Positions 1 through 11,810 are shown, counted from the stretch's first letter. The stretch is DNA of 64,000 nucleotides from Caecitellus pseudoparvulus (GCA_965644315.1 CBFFRQ010000031.1:682001-746000); one strand, 5' to 3'. Notes: a model not told the origin generated them from the letters alone. Numbers and translations are program-made.

Positions 1-359
1 CCACTGCCAGGGCGATGGATCTGGCTGCTGTATGTGGTGGTTTGGTGCCTGCCTCATCGTAGTGGTATCGTGGGAGCTGTGGAGTGTGCAGCGACAAGGG
101 CCGCTAAGGACTGCCCCAGCGCAGGCAGTGTAGTCCTTTCAACTTCCCAGCATTCGGCACCACGTGACACCCAGTTCGAGCCGCTTGCCAAGGTTTTGGT
201 CTGGCTGTCCACTGATTGCACCGCTGTGCCGGCCAGGGCACCAGCGCTGCGCTAGCAAATTCAAACCATAATCAAACCCTCGTAGCAACACCTTCACCCA
301 GGGTGCGTTTCCCCCAGTGGCTGCTTTCGCTTGCGTTGCAGGGCAGGGACGGTCACAGC

Positions 360-2474
360 ATGGCAGTGCCCGGGACCGCTCTCCCAGGCACAGGGGTGCC
401 TGGCACGTCTGCCGGCGCCTTGTACTACACCCGGGCGGGGGTGCAGGAAGGCACGTACACGGGGACGGTGTACGGCTTGATCAAGGAGCAGAAGTACGAT
501 GAGGCGGCGCAGATCCTGAGCATGGAGCTGCAGACGTTCCCCCGGTCCAGGGCCGCACTGTCCCTGCTGGGCCACTGCTACTACCACATGCAAGACTTCA
601 GGTCAGCGGCCCTGACCTATGAGCAGCTCGTGCGATTCCATCCTGAGGTGGAGGAGTACAAGATGTACTTGGCTCAGAGCCTGTTCAAGGCAGGGCTGTA
701 CGAAGACGCCACCAAGGCCTGCATGCGGGTGGACAACGAGAAGTATGAGCAACGCCTGCTGCAGCTGCACGCCGCCATCAAGTACGAGCAGGACGAGCTG
801 GCAGCGTGCACAACCCTCGTGGACCAGTGCGTGCCAGACGAGCCTGACACCATCGTGAACAAGGGCTGCATTGCGTACAAGTCGGGCGATTTCGAGGGGG
901 CACAGGGGCTGTTTTCAGACGCCATGAGCAGCCTTGGGTACCAGGCAGACTTGACGTACAACATCGCCCTGTGCGCGTACGGCGCGAAGAAGTACGGGGA
1001 GTGCCTTAAGCATGTAGCTGGCATCATTGAGCGAGGGGTGAGGGAGCACCCTGAGCTGTCTGTGGGCAGCAACACCGACGGCGTGGAGGTGGGTAGAAAC
1101 GCGCTCGTAACGCCGCTGGCGACAGCTCCAACGGAAACGGCCGCGCCCGCCCGGCACACCTGCAGCACGCGCCCCGCGCGCCCTTCCTTGCAGGCACGGA
1201 GTGTGGGTAACACACAGATCCTACGCGACACAGCTCTTGTCGAGGCCTTCAACCTGAAGGCGGCAGTGGAGTTTAACCTGGGCAACTTCGAAGCCGCGAG
1301 GGTCAGCTTGTCAGACATGCCTCCGCGTGCCGAGGCTGAGATTGACCCCGTCACCTTGCACAATCAGGCCCTCATGCACATGGACGAGGAGCCTCAGGAT
1401 GGCTTCCGCAAGCTGAACTTCCTGCTGGCCAACCCGCCGTTCCCGCCGGAGACCTTCGCAAACTTGCTGCTGCTGTATGCCAAGCACCAGTACTTCGACC
1501 TGGCGGCAGATGTGCTGGCAGAGAACATGCACCTGACACAGAAGTACCTGCACCCGGAGCTCTTCGACTTCCTGGATGCCATCATCATGACTGAGACTGC
1601 CCCAGAGGAGGCGTACCGCAAGCTGGACCTGCTGGCGTCCGGCCACGTCGAGGCGCTGCGCAAGCACACCAAGGCCATTCAGGACTCCCGCCTGGGGCAC
1701 CAAGAGGCCGGTGTGCAGGATGGCTTGCAGGTGTACGACGAGGCGCTGGACCGCTTCGTCCCCGTGCTCATGTGGATGGCGAAGATCTACTGGGATCGGG
1801 AGAACTACGAGCAGGTGGAGAAGATCTTCAAGCAGAGTATGGAGTTCTGCCAGCAGCACGACGTGTGGAGGCTGAACGTTGCCCACACCTTCTTCATGCA
1901 GGAGGGCAAGTACCGGCAGGCCATCCACTACTACGAGCCGTTCGTGAAGAAGCACATGGACAACATCCTGGACGTCACAGCCATTGTCCTGGCCAACGTC
2001 TGCGTTGCGTACATCATGACGAACGCCAACGCAGAGGCGGAAGAGCTCATGCAGGCCATCGAGGCAGCCGAGAAGCAGGAGCTGGCAGCCGACCCCAGCA
2101 AGCAGTTGGTGCACCTGTGCATTGTCAACCTTGTCATTGGCACGCTGTACTGCGCCAAGGGCAACTATGAGTTCGGCGTGTCCCGCATCATCACGTCCCT
2201 AAAGCCGTACGACAAGAAGCTCAGCACGGACACCTGGTTCTACGCGAAGCACTGCTTGCTAGCGCTGACCGAGACGCTGGCCAAGAACATGCTGACGCTG
2301 CAAGACTCCATCTTTGCCGACATCATGTCGTTCTTGGAAGCCGCTGACGAGTACGGGCGTGACATCCCCACCGCCATCGGGCAAACAGAGGGGGACGTGG
2401 ACGTGGAGACGAGCAACGTCAGCCGCGAAGCCCGTGCTCTGCGGCGCCTGCTGCTGCGGATTCAAGGCATGTGA
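360..2474 (+). CDS. IFT70: Intraflagellar transport protein 70 / TTC30 (fleer), TPR protein
   Basis: Family motifs GVREHPELSVGS, ALVEAFNLKAA, DMPPRAEAEIDPVTLHN, PPFPPETFANLLLLY, HLCIVNLVIGTLYCAKGNYEFG. ATG at 360. In-frame GT-AG intron 1089-1193 restores GVE|ARSVGN. Confidence 0.96.
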   Translation: MAVPGTALPGTGVPGTSAGALYYTRAGVQEGTYTGTVYGLIKEQKYDEAAQILSMELQTFPRSRAALSLLGHCYYHMQDFRSAALTYEQLVRFHPEVEEYKMYLAQSLFKAGLYEDATKACMRVDNEKYEQRLLQLHAAIKYEQDELAACTTLVDQCVPDEPDTIVNKGCIAYKSGDFEGAQGLFSDAMSSLGYQADLTYNIALCAYGAKKYGECLKHVAGIIERGVREHPELSVGSNTDGVEVGRNALVTPLATAPTETAAPARHTCSTRPARPSLQARSVGNTQILRDTALVEAFNLKAAVEFNLGNFEAARVSLSDMPPRAEAEIDPVTLHNQALMHMDEEPQDGFRKLNFLLANPPFPPETFANLLLLYAKHQYFDLAADVLAENMHLTQKYLHPELFDFLDAIIMTETAPEEAYRKLDLLASGHVEALRKHTKAIQDSRLGHQEAGVQDGLQVYDEALDRFVPVLMWMAKIYWDRENYEQVEKIFKQSMEFCQQHDVWRLNVAHTFFMQEGKYRQAIHYYEPFVKKHMDNILDVTAIVLANVCVAYIMTNANAEAEELMQAIEAAEKQELAADPSKQLVHLCIVNLVIGTLYCAKGNYEFGVSRIITSLKPYDKKLSTDTWFYAKHCLLALTETLAKNMLTLQDSIFADIMSFLEAADEYGRDIPTAIGQTEGDVDVETSNVSREARALRRLLLRIQGM

Positions 2475-2489
2475 ATGCATTGTCAGCCC

Positions 2490-4763
2490 TCACGCGGTGA
2501 CGCCCATCCAGGGGAAGACGGCCTGCACCGCGAACTGCACTGGCAACCAGGACAGGATGGTGCTGCGCTCGGAGGCCAGCAGGGGCATGATGATGATGCA
2601 GGCAACGTGCAGGAGATCGTACGCACGGCGCAAGGAGCTGGGCGTGGGGCAAGGCAGCAGCGCCAGGCGCATGGCATACGCAGCGACGGCAAAGAAGTGC
2701 GCCACCAACACCCACGGCTTGGGGGTGAGGCCAGCCAGCAGACCCACTGGCCCCGCTGCCTGTGCACCACCCAGGGACATGTACTGCATGCACGCGTCTC
2801 GCAGGCGAGCCCGGGTGCTGTCGGGATCTGCCTTGCCGCCTGCAGCTGCGGGGTTCGTGAATACGCCGTGCAAAGCATTGGCCAGGACGTTGATGGTGGC
2901 GGCATGGTGCCCTCTGGAGGCAGCGTGGGCGGCAAGGGCCACCCCCACGCACCGGGAATTGGTCAAGTCCACTCCCTGCAAGTGTTGCCAGAGGCTGGCG
3001 ACGTCCTTCAAGGCCACTGTCATGCCACCGCCGGTGAGGGGATGGCGCATGTTGAAGCTGTCGCCCAGAGCCACGGCGTGGTTGCGGGTGAAGGGCGTCG
3101 CAGACATGTGCTTGTTGCGGCACACCTCTGCGTTCTGGGTCTTGACGGCTTCTTCAAACAGGTCGCGCACGCCCTCCGGCAGCTGCGGCTTCACGGTGGT
3201 CAGGAGGTACTTCGACAGGGAGCCATCCACCGGATCCGGCAGAGGGGCCGGGACGTCCACGAGGATGCGGGTCTCTGTGGAGGAGATCTGGTACAGCAAG
3301 ACAGGGTTTGGGTTGGCCAAGACGACGTGGCCGTGCCGGGGGTACGGCAGGGGGCAGGAGCCCTCCTCGTGGTGCAGGGCCAGTCCCACGAAGAAGGATG
3401 AAGCCGTCACCTTGGGCTCCGTCAACACGCGCTTGCGCAAGGCAGAGTGTGCGCCATCTGCCACGACGGTCAAAGGGGCTGTCACGGTGTGGCTGTTCTT
3501 CTCGGCATCCACCCACTTGACGCCCACGGCAGTCTCGGCGTTGCCGCCACCCAGCTTCGCGGCGGGGTGGCTTGCGGGCACATCCTGGGGGGAAAGCAGG
3601 GCCGTCACCCGCCCCTCATGCATGGTGATGTTGGGGTGCTGCTTTGCCATGTCGCGCAGCGCCTGCACGAAGCGGTGGTTGTGGAAGGAGCGCCCACGAG
3701 GGTGTTGGGCAGGGGTGCCCGGGCGCGGGTCGAAGCCAGACGACACGGGGCCCCGGGAAGGCTCTCCTACGGGCAACCCTTGCAGGCCTGCAAACTCGGC
3801 GATGGAAGCCGGGTCGTGGGTGGGGTAAGGCAGCACGAGGTCCCTGCTGCGGTCTGCTCCGGGGGTGAAGCAGACATAGCCGTCAACCTGGATGGGGTCG
3901 ATGGCCGAGGTCTTGGCAGCCTCGTCCAGGCCCATGTCCTCCAGGGCTCGGATGCCTCCAGGCTGCATCAGCTCACCCACAATGCGGTGGGGGATCGTCC
4001 AGCTGCGCTCCACGACAGTGACCTTGCGGCCGTCCTTTGCCAGACGAAGGGCCAGAGCCGTGCCGGCAGTACCGGCACCGACAACGACAACCTGCAGGCG
4101 GTGGGGGGGTGGACAGTGGTCTAAAGCGGAGTGTATGCTGTCTGCTGCTCGGTGTGTGGCTGAGCGCCTGCCCGAAAGGGCTGGCTTGTCGCTGATGCTG
4201 CGGTGAGCTTGCACTCACATCAGTGTCAAAGCCAACATCAGTTGCGTGGGTGGTGGCGGGCACAAGCCGAATGGGGGAAGGGCCTGCACTCAAGTCCTCA
4301 TACACCCATGCCACACCGAAGAAGGCCGTCATGTAGCACAGCGTGACCAGCGCAGTGCAGCTTGCCAGCAGCACGTCAGGCTGGGCAACGAAGTACATCA
4401 GCGCATGGTCACGGCCATGGGCAAGCATGAACTGCAGCATGTATGCAACAGAGGTGGCAAACAGGACCAAGGCCAGAGTGTTCGTCACGTTGAACAGGTC
4501 CCATCGAGGTGCAAGATTGCCCTTCGCATCCTGTGCCGGGCGTGAAATCAAGCATGACGTAAGCGTTTCAGCGCAGTTTCACTGCCACCTGCAGACAAAC
4601 TCACCCGCACGGAGTACCTGAACCAAAGGCTTGCCATGACGTACAGCGAGAGGACACCTGCAAACATGGCAACTCCCGTGTAGACATCATGCAGGATGCC
4701 GGCCGCAGCCAGGGCCGCTGGCAGAGCTGCTGAAGCAACCACTGGCAGGGACAGGCTCAGCAT
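2490..4763 (-). CDS. SQLE: Squalene epoxidase (FAD monooxygenase) with extended multi-TM N-terminus
   Basis: Motifs DVVVVGAGTAG, RIVGELMQPGG, GRSFHNHRF, VVADG, GDSFNMRHPLTGGGMTVA. Phase-0 introns 4531-4604 and 4092-4218 join the three ORF pieces (YSVR|DAKG, FDTD|VVVVGAG). ATG at 4763. Confidence 0.92.
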
Positions 4764-4958
4764 GCTGATGGTGGAGTGAAGTGTGCCACGAACGCTGACG
4801 TTGAGCTGCAGAGAGCACCTGGGGGAGACCCACGTGGTCTGTACTGGAGACAGGGGGGGGTTTGTAATGTGGTAAATGCCGGGTGACGGCACGGCTGCCG
4901 AGCGAGACCTGCACGGGGCTGATGTGGGCCATGAACATCAGGGTGTGCCGAGAAAGCT

Positions 4959-4980
4959 GAGCGTCAACGGAGCGTCAACG
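4959..4980. repeat. Perfect 11-bp tandem repeat GAGCGTCAACG x2 in the divergent SQLE/DES1 promoter
   Basis: Read directly at 4959-4969 and 4970-4980. Confidence 0.8.
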
Positions 4981-5214
4981 TGCCCCCCCCCCCTTCCTGC
5001 CCCCTTCATTTCATCTGGAGACCAGCAGGCGGCAGGCTCAAGGGGGCCGGCCCCTCACTTTTCACAAGGGTGTCAATCCAGGCGCTGTTCCTCCCTTCCC
5101 TGCCGCTTGGACTCAAGCAACGTGCAGCGCGAAACGCCAGTTCACGGCCTTCGGTGTTTTCGTCAACATCCTCGCTGCCGCTCTGCGTCCCGCTCCCAAT
5201 CGACAGGACCAGCC

Positions 5215-6322
5215 ATGCCTTTTCAACACGAGGAGTTTGAGTGGTCAGAGCAGGAGGAGCCCCACAAGTCAAGGAGGCTGGGATTGCTGAAGGAGTTCCC
5301 TGAAGTGAGTTGGCCGGCATATGCGATGAAACGCCACGCACCACAGACTTCCCCCGCCGGCACTCGCGAGCAGGTGAAGAAGGTCTTGGGAAACAAGAAC
5401 TGGACCCTCACCCCCATGGTCCTGGGGGCCAACCTGGTGCAGTTCAGCTTGGCGTACTTCATGCGGGATGTCCCTCTGTGGGCCATGCTCATCGTGGCGT
5501 ACACCATTGGTGGCAGCATCAACCACGCCATGACACTGGCTATGCACGAGCTGTCGCACAACTTGGCCTCCAAAAGCCTCCTGTGGAACCGTGTCCTGGG
5601 CTTGCTCTCCAACCTGCCCTTGGGTCTTCCAAGCTACGCGTGCGTGGCTTCCTCGGAGCCCTGGCTCGTGGTCCACTTCATTTACGCTTGCCCCCCCTCC
5701 CCTTCTCCACAGCACCTTCAAGCGGTACCACCTGGAGCACCACAAGTACCAAGGCGAAGATGGCATCGACGTGGACGTCCCCACGACTTTTGAAGGGCAC
5801 TTCTTCGTGGGACCTGTGCTGAAGACCATCTGGTGCTTCCTGCAGCCGTTCTTCTACGCCCTGCGCCCCCTCATTGTGCTGCCCAAGCCACCATCCACCA
5901 TGGAAGGCTTCAACTGGCTCGTGCAGCTTGTTGTGGACGGCCTGGTGTGGTACTACTGGGGCTTCCCCGCCCTGGGGTACATTCTCCTCTCCTCCCTGCT
6001 GGGCCTTGGCATGCACCCCATGGCGGGGCACTTCTTTGCGGAGCACTACACCTTTGTCACCTCCCAAGAGACGTACTCTTATTACGGCCCTCTGAACTGG
6101 TTCTCCTTCAATGTCGGGTACCACAATGAGCACCACGACTTCCCCAACGTGCCAGGCACACACCTGCCTGACGTGCGGGCTGTCTCCCACGCTGCCTACG
6201 ATGACCTGCCCACGCACTCCTCTTGGATTAAGGTGATCTGGAGGTACATTACCAACCCCACCATCACCCCTTTCAACCGTGTCAAGCGCAACACCATGGG
6301 TGGCGCCGTGGACCTGGACTGA
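5215..6322 (+). CDS. DEGS1: Sphingolipid delta(4)-desaturase DES1
   Basis: N-terminal FEWSEQEEPH; His boxes HELSH, HLEHH, HNEHHDFP; QETYSYYGPLN. Introns 5305-5373 and 5640-5712. Confidence 0.96.
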
Positions 6323-6412
6323 GCCAAGCCGCTTCGCAATGCAAGTGAATTCCTACCAGGCAGAGCCCACGCCACATTACCCTCCTCCCGCACATCATAC
6401 CTTAGCGGCTAC

Positions 6413-6877
6413 TCAGCAGTCCAGGTAGTTCGCTGCGATGAGCAGTTCATTCGCGTACTCTGGAGCAATCTCGAAGGGTGGCGGTGGGACCAAGCTGTTG
6501 CTATACCGCAGCTTGTAGTGGAAGTACTGGATGACCTTCTCCAGAATGGGGGTGCTGATACCGCCCAAGCGCACCTCTCCCTCGCTCTCCTGAAACTCGC
6601 CTGCAAAGGGAGTGAATCGGCATCATGCAGCAGCTGAGTCCATCCTCGCCCAGCGACTCCCCAGCTCCGCCACTCACTCGAAAGAGCCGCACTGATTGTC
6701 TTTGAGACCTTGGCACATCGCACGTCAACATAGAAAACGTGGTCCTCCGCACTGCGGCGATGCACGGGAAGGCGCAGCTGCACCGGAGTCTGCGGAAATT
6801 GCGCCAGCTCCCGCAGCGCACCTGATCAGCTTCACATACCCCCCGGCAGGTTCACCGGAGACAGCTGCACTTGCCAT
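6413..6877 (-). CDS. ELOC: Elongin C
   Basis: Spliced with introns 6752-6821 and 6601-6677: YVKLISAEDHVFYVD...VSKTISAAL...FQESEGEV...ILEKVIQYFHYK...ELLIAANYLDC*. Confidence 0.93.
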
Positions 6878-7347
6878 GGAAAAGAAGTGGGTACTGGCCT
6901 TCCTGGACTTCAACGAGCACCTCAGCTGGCGTCACGCCGTGAGACAACAAGGGGGCACAAGAAGAAGCCTGGAGCAACTGCCTGGCGACTGTGCAGTCCT
7001 GTCCCTTTCGACAGTGCAGAGGAAGAGGTACGTCCTTAGCAGCGACACAAGAGGAAGCTCCACAACAGAAGCATGGTGTCGAGGGATGGTGAGGGGTTTA
7101 GGTTTTGGCTGTGATCGCTTGCTTCCTCGCCATGTCAAGGCAAGAATCGCAGACACCCCTCTCTCTCTCACCCGACCATCCCTGCTCACTTGACCAGGAA
7201 GAGCCCTCCTACTGCAAAATTAAATTCGAGCCCCAATACTCACATCGAACACGCGATTGCTTCAGCATCAGTCGCAAGAGGGTCGCAGGCACTCATGAGA
7301 AGCCACGCTTCGCGCCGGCCTGACAACTGAATTCCGCACGTGACACC

Positions 7348-8353
7348 ATGGCAGCCAAGACCGATGCAAGGGACGCCCACGAGTACTCAACGGCTGTAAA
7401 ATTTGACGAGATTGATGAAACTGTTCGCTCCTGGGACCAGGAGCCTGTGGACGTATCAGCAGAAGTCACTGCTCTCCCCTCTGGGGCTGAAGTGCTCATG
7501 CTTCACGGTCTGCTGCGCGAAGAGGAAATCCAGGACATTCTACGTTTGACCGCTGACGCAGACTTCCACCCAGGCCACTCTGACACCCGAGTTCGAGACT
7601 GCTCTCGGCTTCTTTTCCACAGTGCCCCCCTTGCGGCGACGCTGTGGAGCCGTGCACAGGCAGCTCTCGTCTCCAATTCTGGCCTGGCCCAGCACACCTT
7701 GACGGCAGACCACCGCACTGCGTTTGGTCCAAGTTGCGACGGCACCTGGGAGGCAAAGTCCCTGAACGACCACTTTCGTCTGTGTCACTACGCAGCAGGG
7801 GGCCACTTCGGCCCTCATAACGATGCAAGCTATGAACAGTGGGTGACAAGCGCCGCCTGCAAGCTGTACCTCTTTCAACCCCCTCTCCCCCGCTTCCTCG
7901 ACCAGAGACTCAGACAACCGTAGCTTGCTGACTTTCATGCTGTATTTGACTGATGCTTTTGATGGAGGCGGCACAGCGTTCCTGGACCCCGAGGCAGAGC
8001 TGCACAGGGACGCTGCCGGCAAGTACTTGGCCGCCCCCGGCAGCATTGTGCACCAAGTGCAACCTGTGGCTGGCTCAGCTGTTGTGTTCTTGCAGTGCAA
8101 CGTTCTGCACTGCGGTGAGGCAGTGCAGGCGTCACCAGGCACGGCTGAGGCTGGTGGGCCCCTGAAGTACATCCTGCGCACCGACGTCATGTTTGAGCGG
8201 GTGCAGGGCACAGCTCCGCAGCTCACCCCGAAGCAAATCGCTGCACGGGAGGCGCTGGCTGAAGCACAGCGTCTGGAAGCTGCAGGGGAGTTCGCTCGCG
8301 CCATTACACACTACCAGCGCGCCGAGCGGCTTGACCGCTCTTTGGTCATCTGA
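7348..8353 (+). CDS. 2OG-Fe(II) oxygenase (prolyl-4-hydroxylase-like) with C-terminal TPR-like helix pair
   Basis: LNDHFRLCHY, HFGPHND (HxD), LTFMLYL, GGGTAF, LHCGE, KYILRTDVM. Intron 7839-7905. Confidence 0.88.
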
Positions 8354-8520
8354 GAACCTACACCTGGCGGTCCGCACGGGGAAGGGCGGGGATGCATTGG
8401 AACTCCCCGAATGCCTCACAGAGGCTCTGTAGTTTTTTGTTTTTCTTCACGAATTCACGTAGCGCTGGCGGACGCGTGCCCATGGCAAGCAGGTTCAGCG
8501 CAAGGACCTTGCTGCTGAGG

Positions 8521-10493
8521 CTACGGGCGGGGCATGGACCTCGGGCGAGGAGGCCCCCCACCAAGACTCCTTGGGCGTGGAGGTCCTGAGGCAGTCCCAG
8601 CCCCCATGCTACGGGGGCGTGGAGGTCCTGCAGGCTGTTGCTGCCTTTGTGCTGAGCCGCTCTGACCGCCTGAAATACGACGGCGGCGGCGAGGGCACTT
8701 TCGCAGCATCCCACTGGACCTGGAGGCGGACCGAGACTTGGACATACCAGGGCGGACCATGGAAGACGACCGCGCACGGTCTTGGGTGGATCCCGAAGCC
8801 TCAGAAGTCACGCTGGCCCCTGGACTGGGGGACACAGACGCGCCGTCACGGGTTCGCTTCAGGGCTCGGCCTTGCGGCTGGGCGGGTTCAAATGCAACTG
8901 GGTCTGGGTCTGCTGGCACCAAGGTAGGTGCTTCGGGCCGCAGAGCGGCACCTGTCCCAGGTCTGGCGGCCGCCGTGGAAGGCTGCTCGCCTGCCTGTGG
9001 AGGGTGCTCCTCCAACGAGGGGAGTTCTGAGGCCTCGATGTACTTTCCCGAAGTCATGAAGAATGGGTGACCCAATACCTGCTGTGCAGTCAGTCGTTTC
9101 TTGGGGTTGAGGACCAGCAGCTGCTCCACCAAGTCCAGAGCGTCCGGAGGGAGGATGCTTTCGTACCTTCGGCGCAGGTTGTTCTGGCTGCCTTTCAAGT
9201 GGTTCTTAAATGTGTTGTAGTGTGGGTAGTCTTCGAGCACTTGCGTTGTTTCAATGTTAGGAGACCCGACCAGCTTAACGATCAGGCCCAGTTGCTCGCC
9301 CTCGGTTGCGCCGGGCAGAGCCACACGACGCGTGAACATCTCAAGCACCATCAAGCCCACAGCCCACATATCTGAGCGAGAATCATATGCTGTGCAGCCA
9401 AGAAGCAGCTCTGGGGCTCTGTAGTACAGTGTGCACACCTTGGTGGTCATGGGCCGGCCCTCCCCAACAACGTCCGGCATGGGCCGTGCGAGGCCGAAGT
9501 CAGCAATGACAAGCTCGTTCTGCTTGTTCACCAGCAGGTTCGCAGGCTTCAGGTCGCGGTGCAGGTACCCTCGATTTGCCATGACACACAGCCCTGATAC
9601 CAGTTGCAAGGTGTACGACTTGATGCGATCAAGCGTCAGCTTCTTGTCGCGGATGAGCTTGTACAGGTCAAAATCAAAGAAGTCGAACACCATGAATACT
9701 GACCCAAGGTGCTCATTAGCATCAGATGCTGTGAAGGTGTTGGTAAGGAGGGGTGCACCCATATGTTTGCGAAGTGTCACGGGAGACAGCTCCCCGACGT
9801 ACACTTGCTGGTGCAGACCTCGATGAGGTTCACGACGTAGTCACAGCGCAGCGCTCGTAGGGCGTGTAGCTCTCGCACGGCGACAAAAGGAAACTGAGAG
9901 GCAAAGGGGCGGGTGTGCTTGAGGCAATAGCTGGTGAGCACGGCGATTGTGTGGGCTCACTCCGTTTCCTTCGCCGTCAGGCTTGATGCGCTTGCAGGCC
10001 ACCTTCCGGCCCGTGACCCGGTCAAATGCGACGGTCACGACCCTGCAGAAAGCGTGAGGGGAGCAAGTGCACGACCAAGCGACACAGCCCACGTGCCCTG
10101 TACAAAAAGCACGCACCCGAAAGTCCCTTCGCCAACCTTGCCCTCTGTTCGGTACGATGAGATGTCCCGGCACCCCTCCCTGCGCCTCCGGATCGCAGCG
10201 GGAGGAGATGTCGCCGCGGCGGGCTCGGTTGTGCACCCGGGCACGTCACTCGGCACAGAGGGGCCACCTGTATCTTGCTGAGCCGTCGGCGACGGTGTGC
10301 CAGCGGCTGTGCTTGGGGAAGCCGCGGGTTCCGCGCTGCCTACAAAAGTTGGACCTGCGGGCTGGCTGGCAGTTGACGCTGCGGCGGCCGTCAAGGCAGG
10401 GGCTACTAGCGACATGCTAGTAGACGCTTCTGCTTCTTGGCTGTGGTCAGGGAGAGTGCTGCCTTCTCCCTGCCTCGCAAGTACGTCTGCCAT
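8521..10493 (-). CDS. Cyclin-dependent kinase, CDK9/CDKC-like
   Basis: KVGEGTFG, VACKR, GFPFVAVRE after splicing, HRDLKPAN, ADFGLAR, MTTKVCTLYYRAPELLLG. Three inferred introns. Basic Ser/Arg/Pro-rich tail. Confidence 0.9.
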
Positions 10494-10984
10494 GGTGCTC
10501 AGGAACTGGCGTTTCACGCTGTGGCAAGTGCACGTGCAAGCGTGTTGCCATGCCGCACAGCCCACGCAGCATCACAAGAAACCCACAGAGTGAACGAAAG
10601 TCCAAGACCTGAACACGCTACCGAGTCCCGCGGGGATGTTCTGTCCCAGGGTGCGGCGGAGGAGTGAGGCAGCACTCCCGCCGCTGCTCCTGGGCAACGC
10701 GCGTTTCCGCGCTGGTGCTAATGCAACAGAGACAGTGTGAGAGTGAAGGAGTAGGGTCCTGACCGAGACAAGGTGTAAGTCAAGCTGCGAATTGTGCGCA
10801 CCCCCACGCTCTGCGGTGCTGGTGAATTGCTCGAACAGCTGGGTCGCTTGAGGGCACGTGAGGGGCGCCCAAGCTCCAACCACACACATTGCGCATGGGC
10901 AGGCGCAGCAGAGCAGGTACAGAAGGGAAAGCAGATTCCTGAGCAGGTAGCCACGGTGCAGCCTAAGCACGGGCTAGGCACAGC

Positions 10985-11643
10985 CTAGTTGGGGTTCAGG
11001 TCGGAGAGAGTGCGTGGATCCAGAGGGTTTTGCGACGTGGGGGCCCCCTTGTCTGTGTAGTAAACATTCCGGGCGACGACCCAGTCAGGTTGGTCAGCCA
11101 TCCAAGCACGCTCCCTGTCCAGCTGCTCTTTGTGGCGGCGGGCCCAGCTGCAGAGCGCGAGCGAAGTGCGGGTGGGGCTGGACCCAGGCAGATGGGCAGT
11201 CAGGAAGAACGCACCTGGCCTCCTCCATGGCTTGCAGCACGTAGATGCGCTCAAAGCGCTCATTCACCTTGGCTGCCTGGATGTAGCTGCACAGCAAACC
11301 AGCGCACCCATTCGTGCTAACCGCCAGGGCGCCGGGAGCGCTGGGCTTCCCACACTCACTCATGGGCTTCCTTATCCCCTGCCAATGCGAAGAAACCGTA
11401 GGCAACAACGCCAATTCCACCCGCCAGTAAAGCATAGCCGGGAGGTCCTCGTGCGTAAGGCTTGCCGTGGATCCTGCGGCCGGTAAAGGCACAGCGACGT
11501 GAAAGGCAGCTTGCCTGGGGGCTAATTCCGCCACTGGGCATGTACGCTAAGCAGGCTTACTTTGGCACTCGGAAGCCACCTGCGGGCTTGGTGGGCGCAA
11601 CTGCCTGCACCCACTGCCTGATGCGGGGGGGGTATGCTGCCAT
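10985..11643 (-). CDS. NDUFA13: Complex I subunit NDUFA13 / GRIM-19
   Basis: Four exons: MAAYPP...PAGGF|...RGPPGYALLAGGIGVVAYGFF|...ERIYVLQAMEEA|...ERAWMADQPDWVVARNVYYT. Matches the GRIM-19 pattern. Confidence 0.85.
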
Positions 11644-11810
11644 TCCGGGTCAAGCCTCTGACAAGCAAGGCAGCGGGCGCGTGCGTCGGCTGGTGTTGAC
11701 CAATGTCCGTCGTTCGTCCGGCTCGAGACTGTTTCTGCCAGCTGCGAGGCTTCAGCGCGGTGTACTTGGCTGGGGCATGGGAAAAGTGCATGGAGGTAGC
11801 CAGTGCATTG

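Noticed and set aside
161-168. GTGAC/GTCAC words near many gene starts (161, 6931, 7337, 14599, 30419, 43617, 60841)
   Set aside because: A 5-mer is expected about every 500 bp on two strands, so enrichment cannot be shown by eye.
2314-3828. Long + strand ORFs (504 aa and 308 aa) opposite SQLE, and similar ones at 33291-34817, 53072-54373, 55278-56627 and 57797-58870
   Set aside because: Antisense shadows of GC-rich coding sequence; no recognisable motifs.
10572-10984. Short Cys-rich ORFs between CDK and NDUFA13
   Set aside because: No family signal; the region is needed as 3' UTR and promoter.
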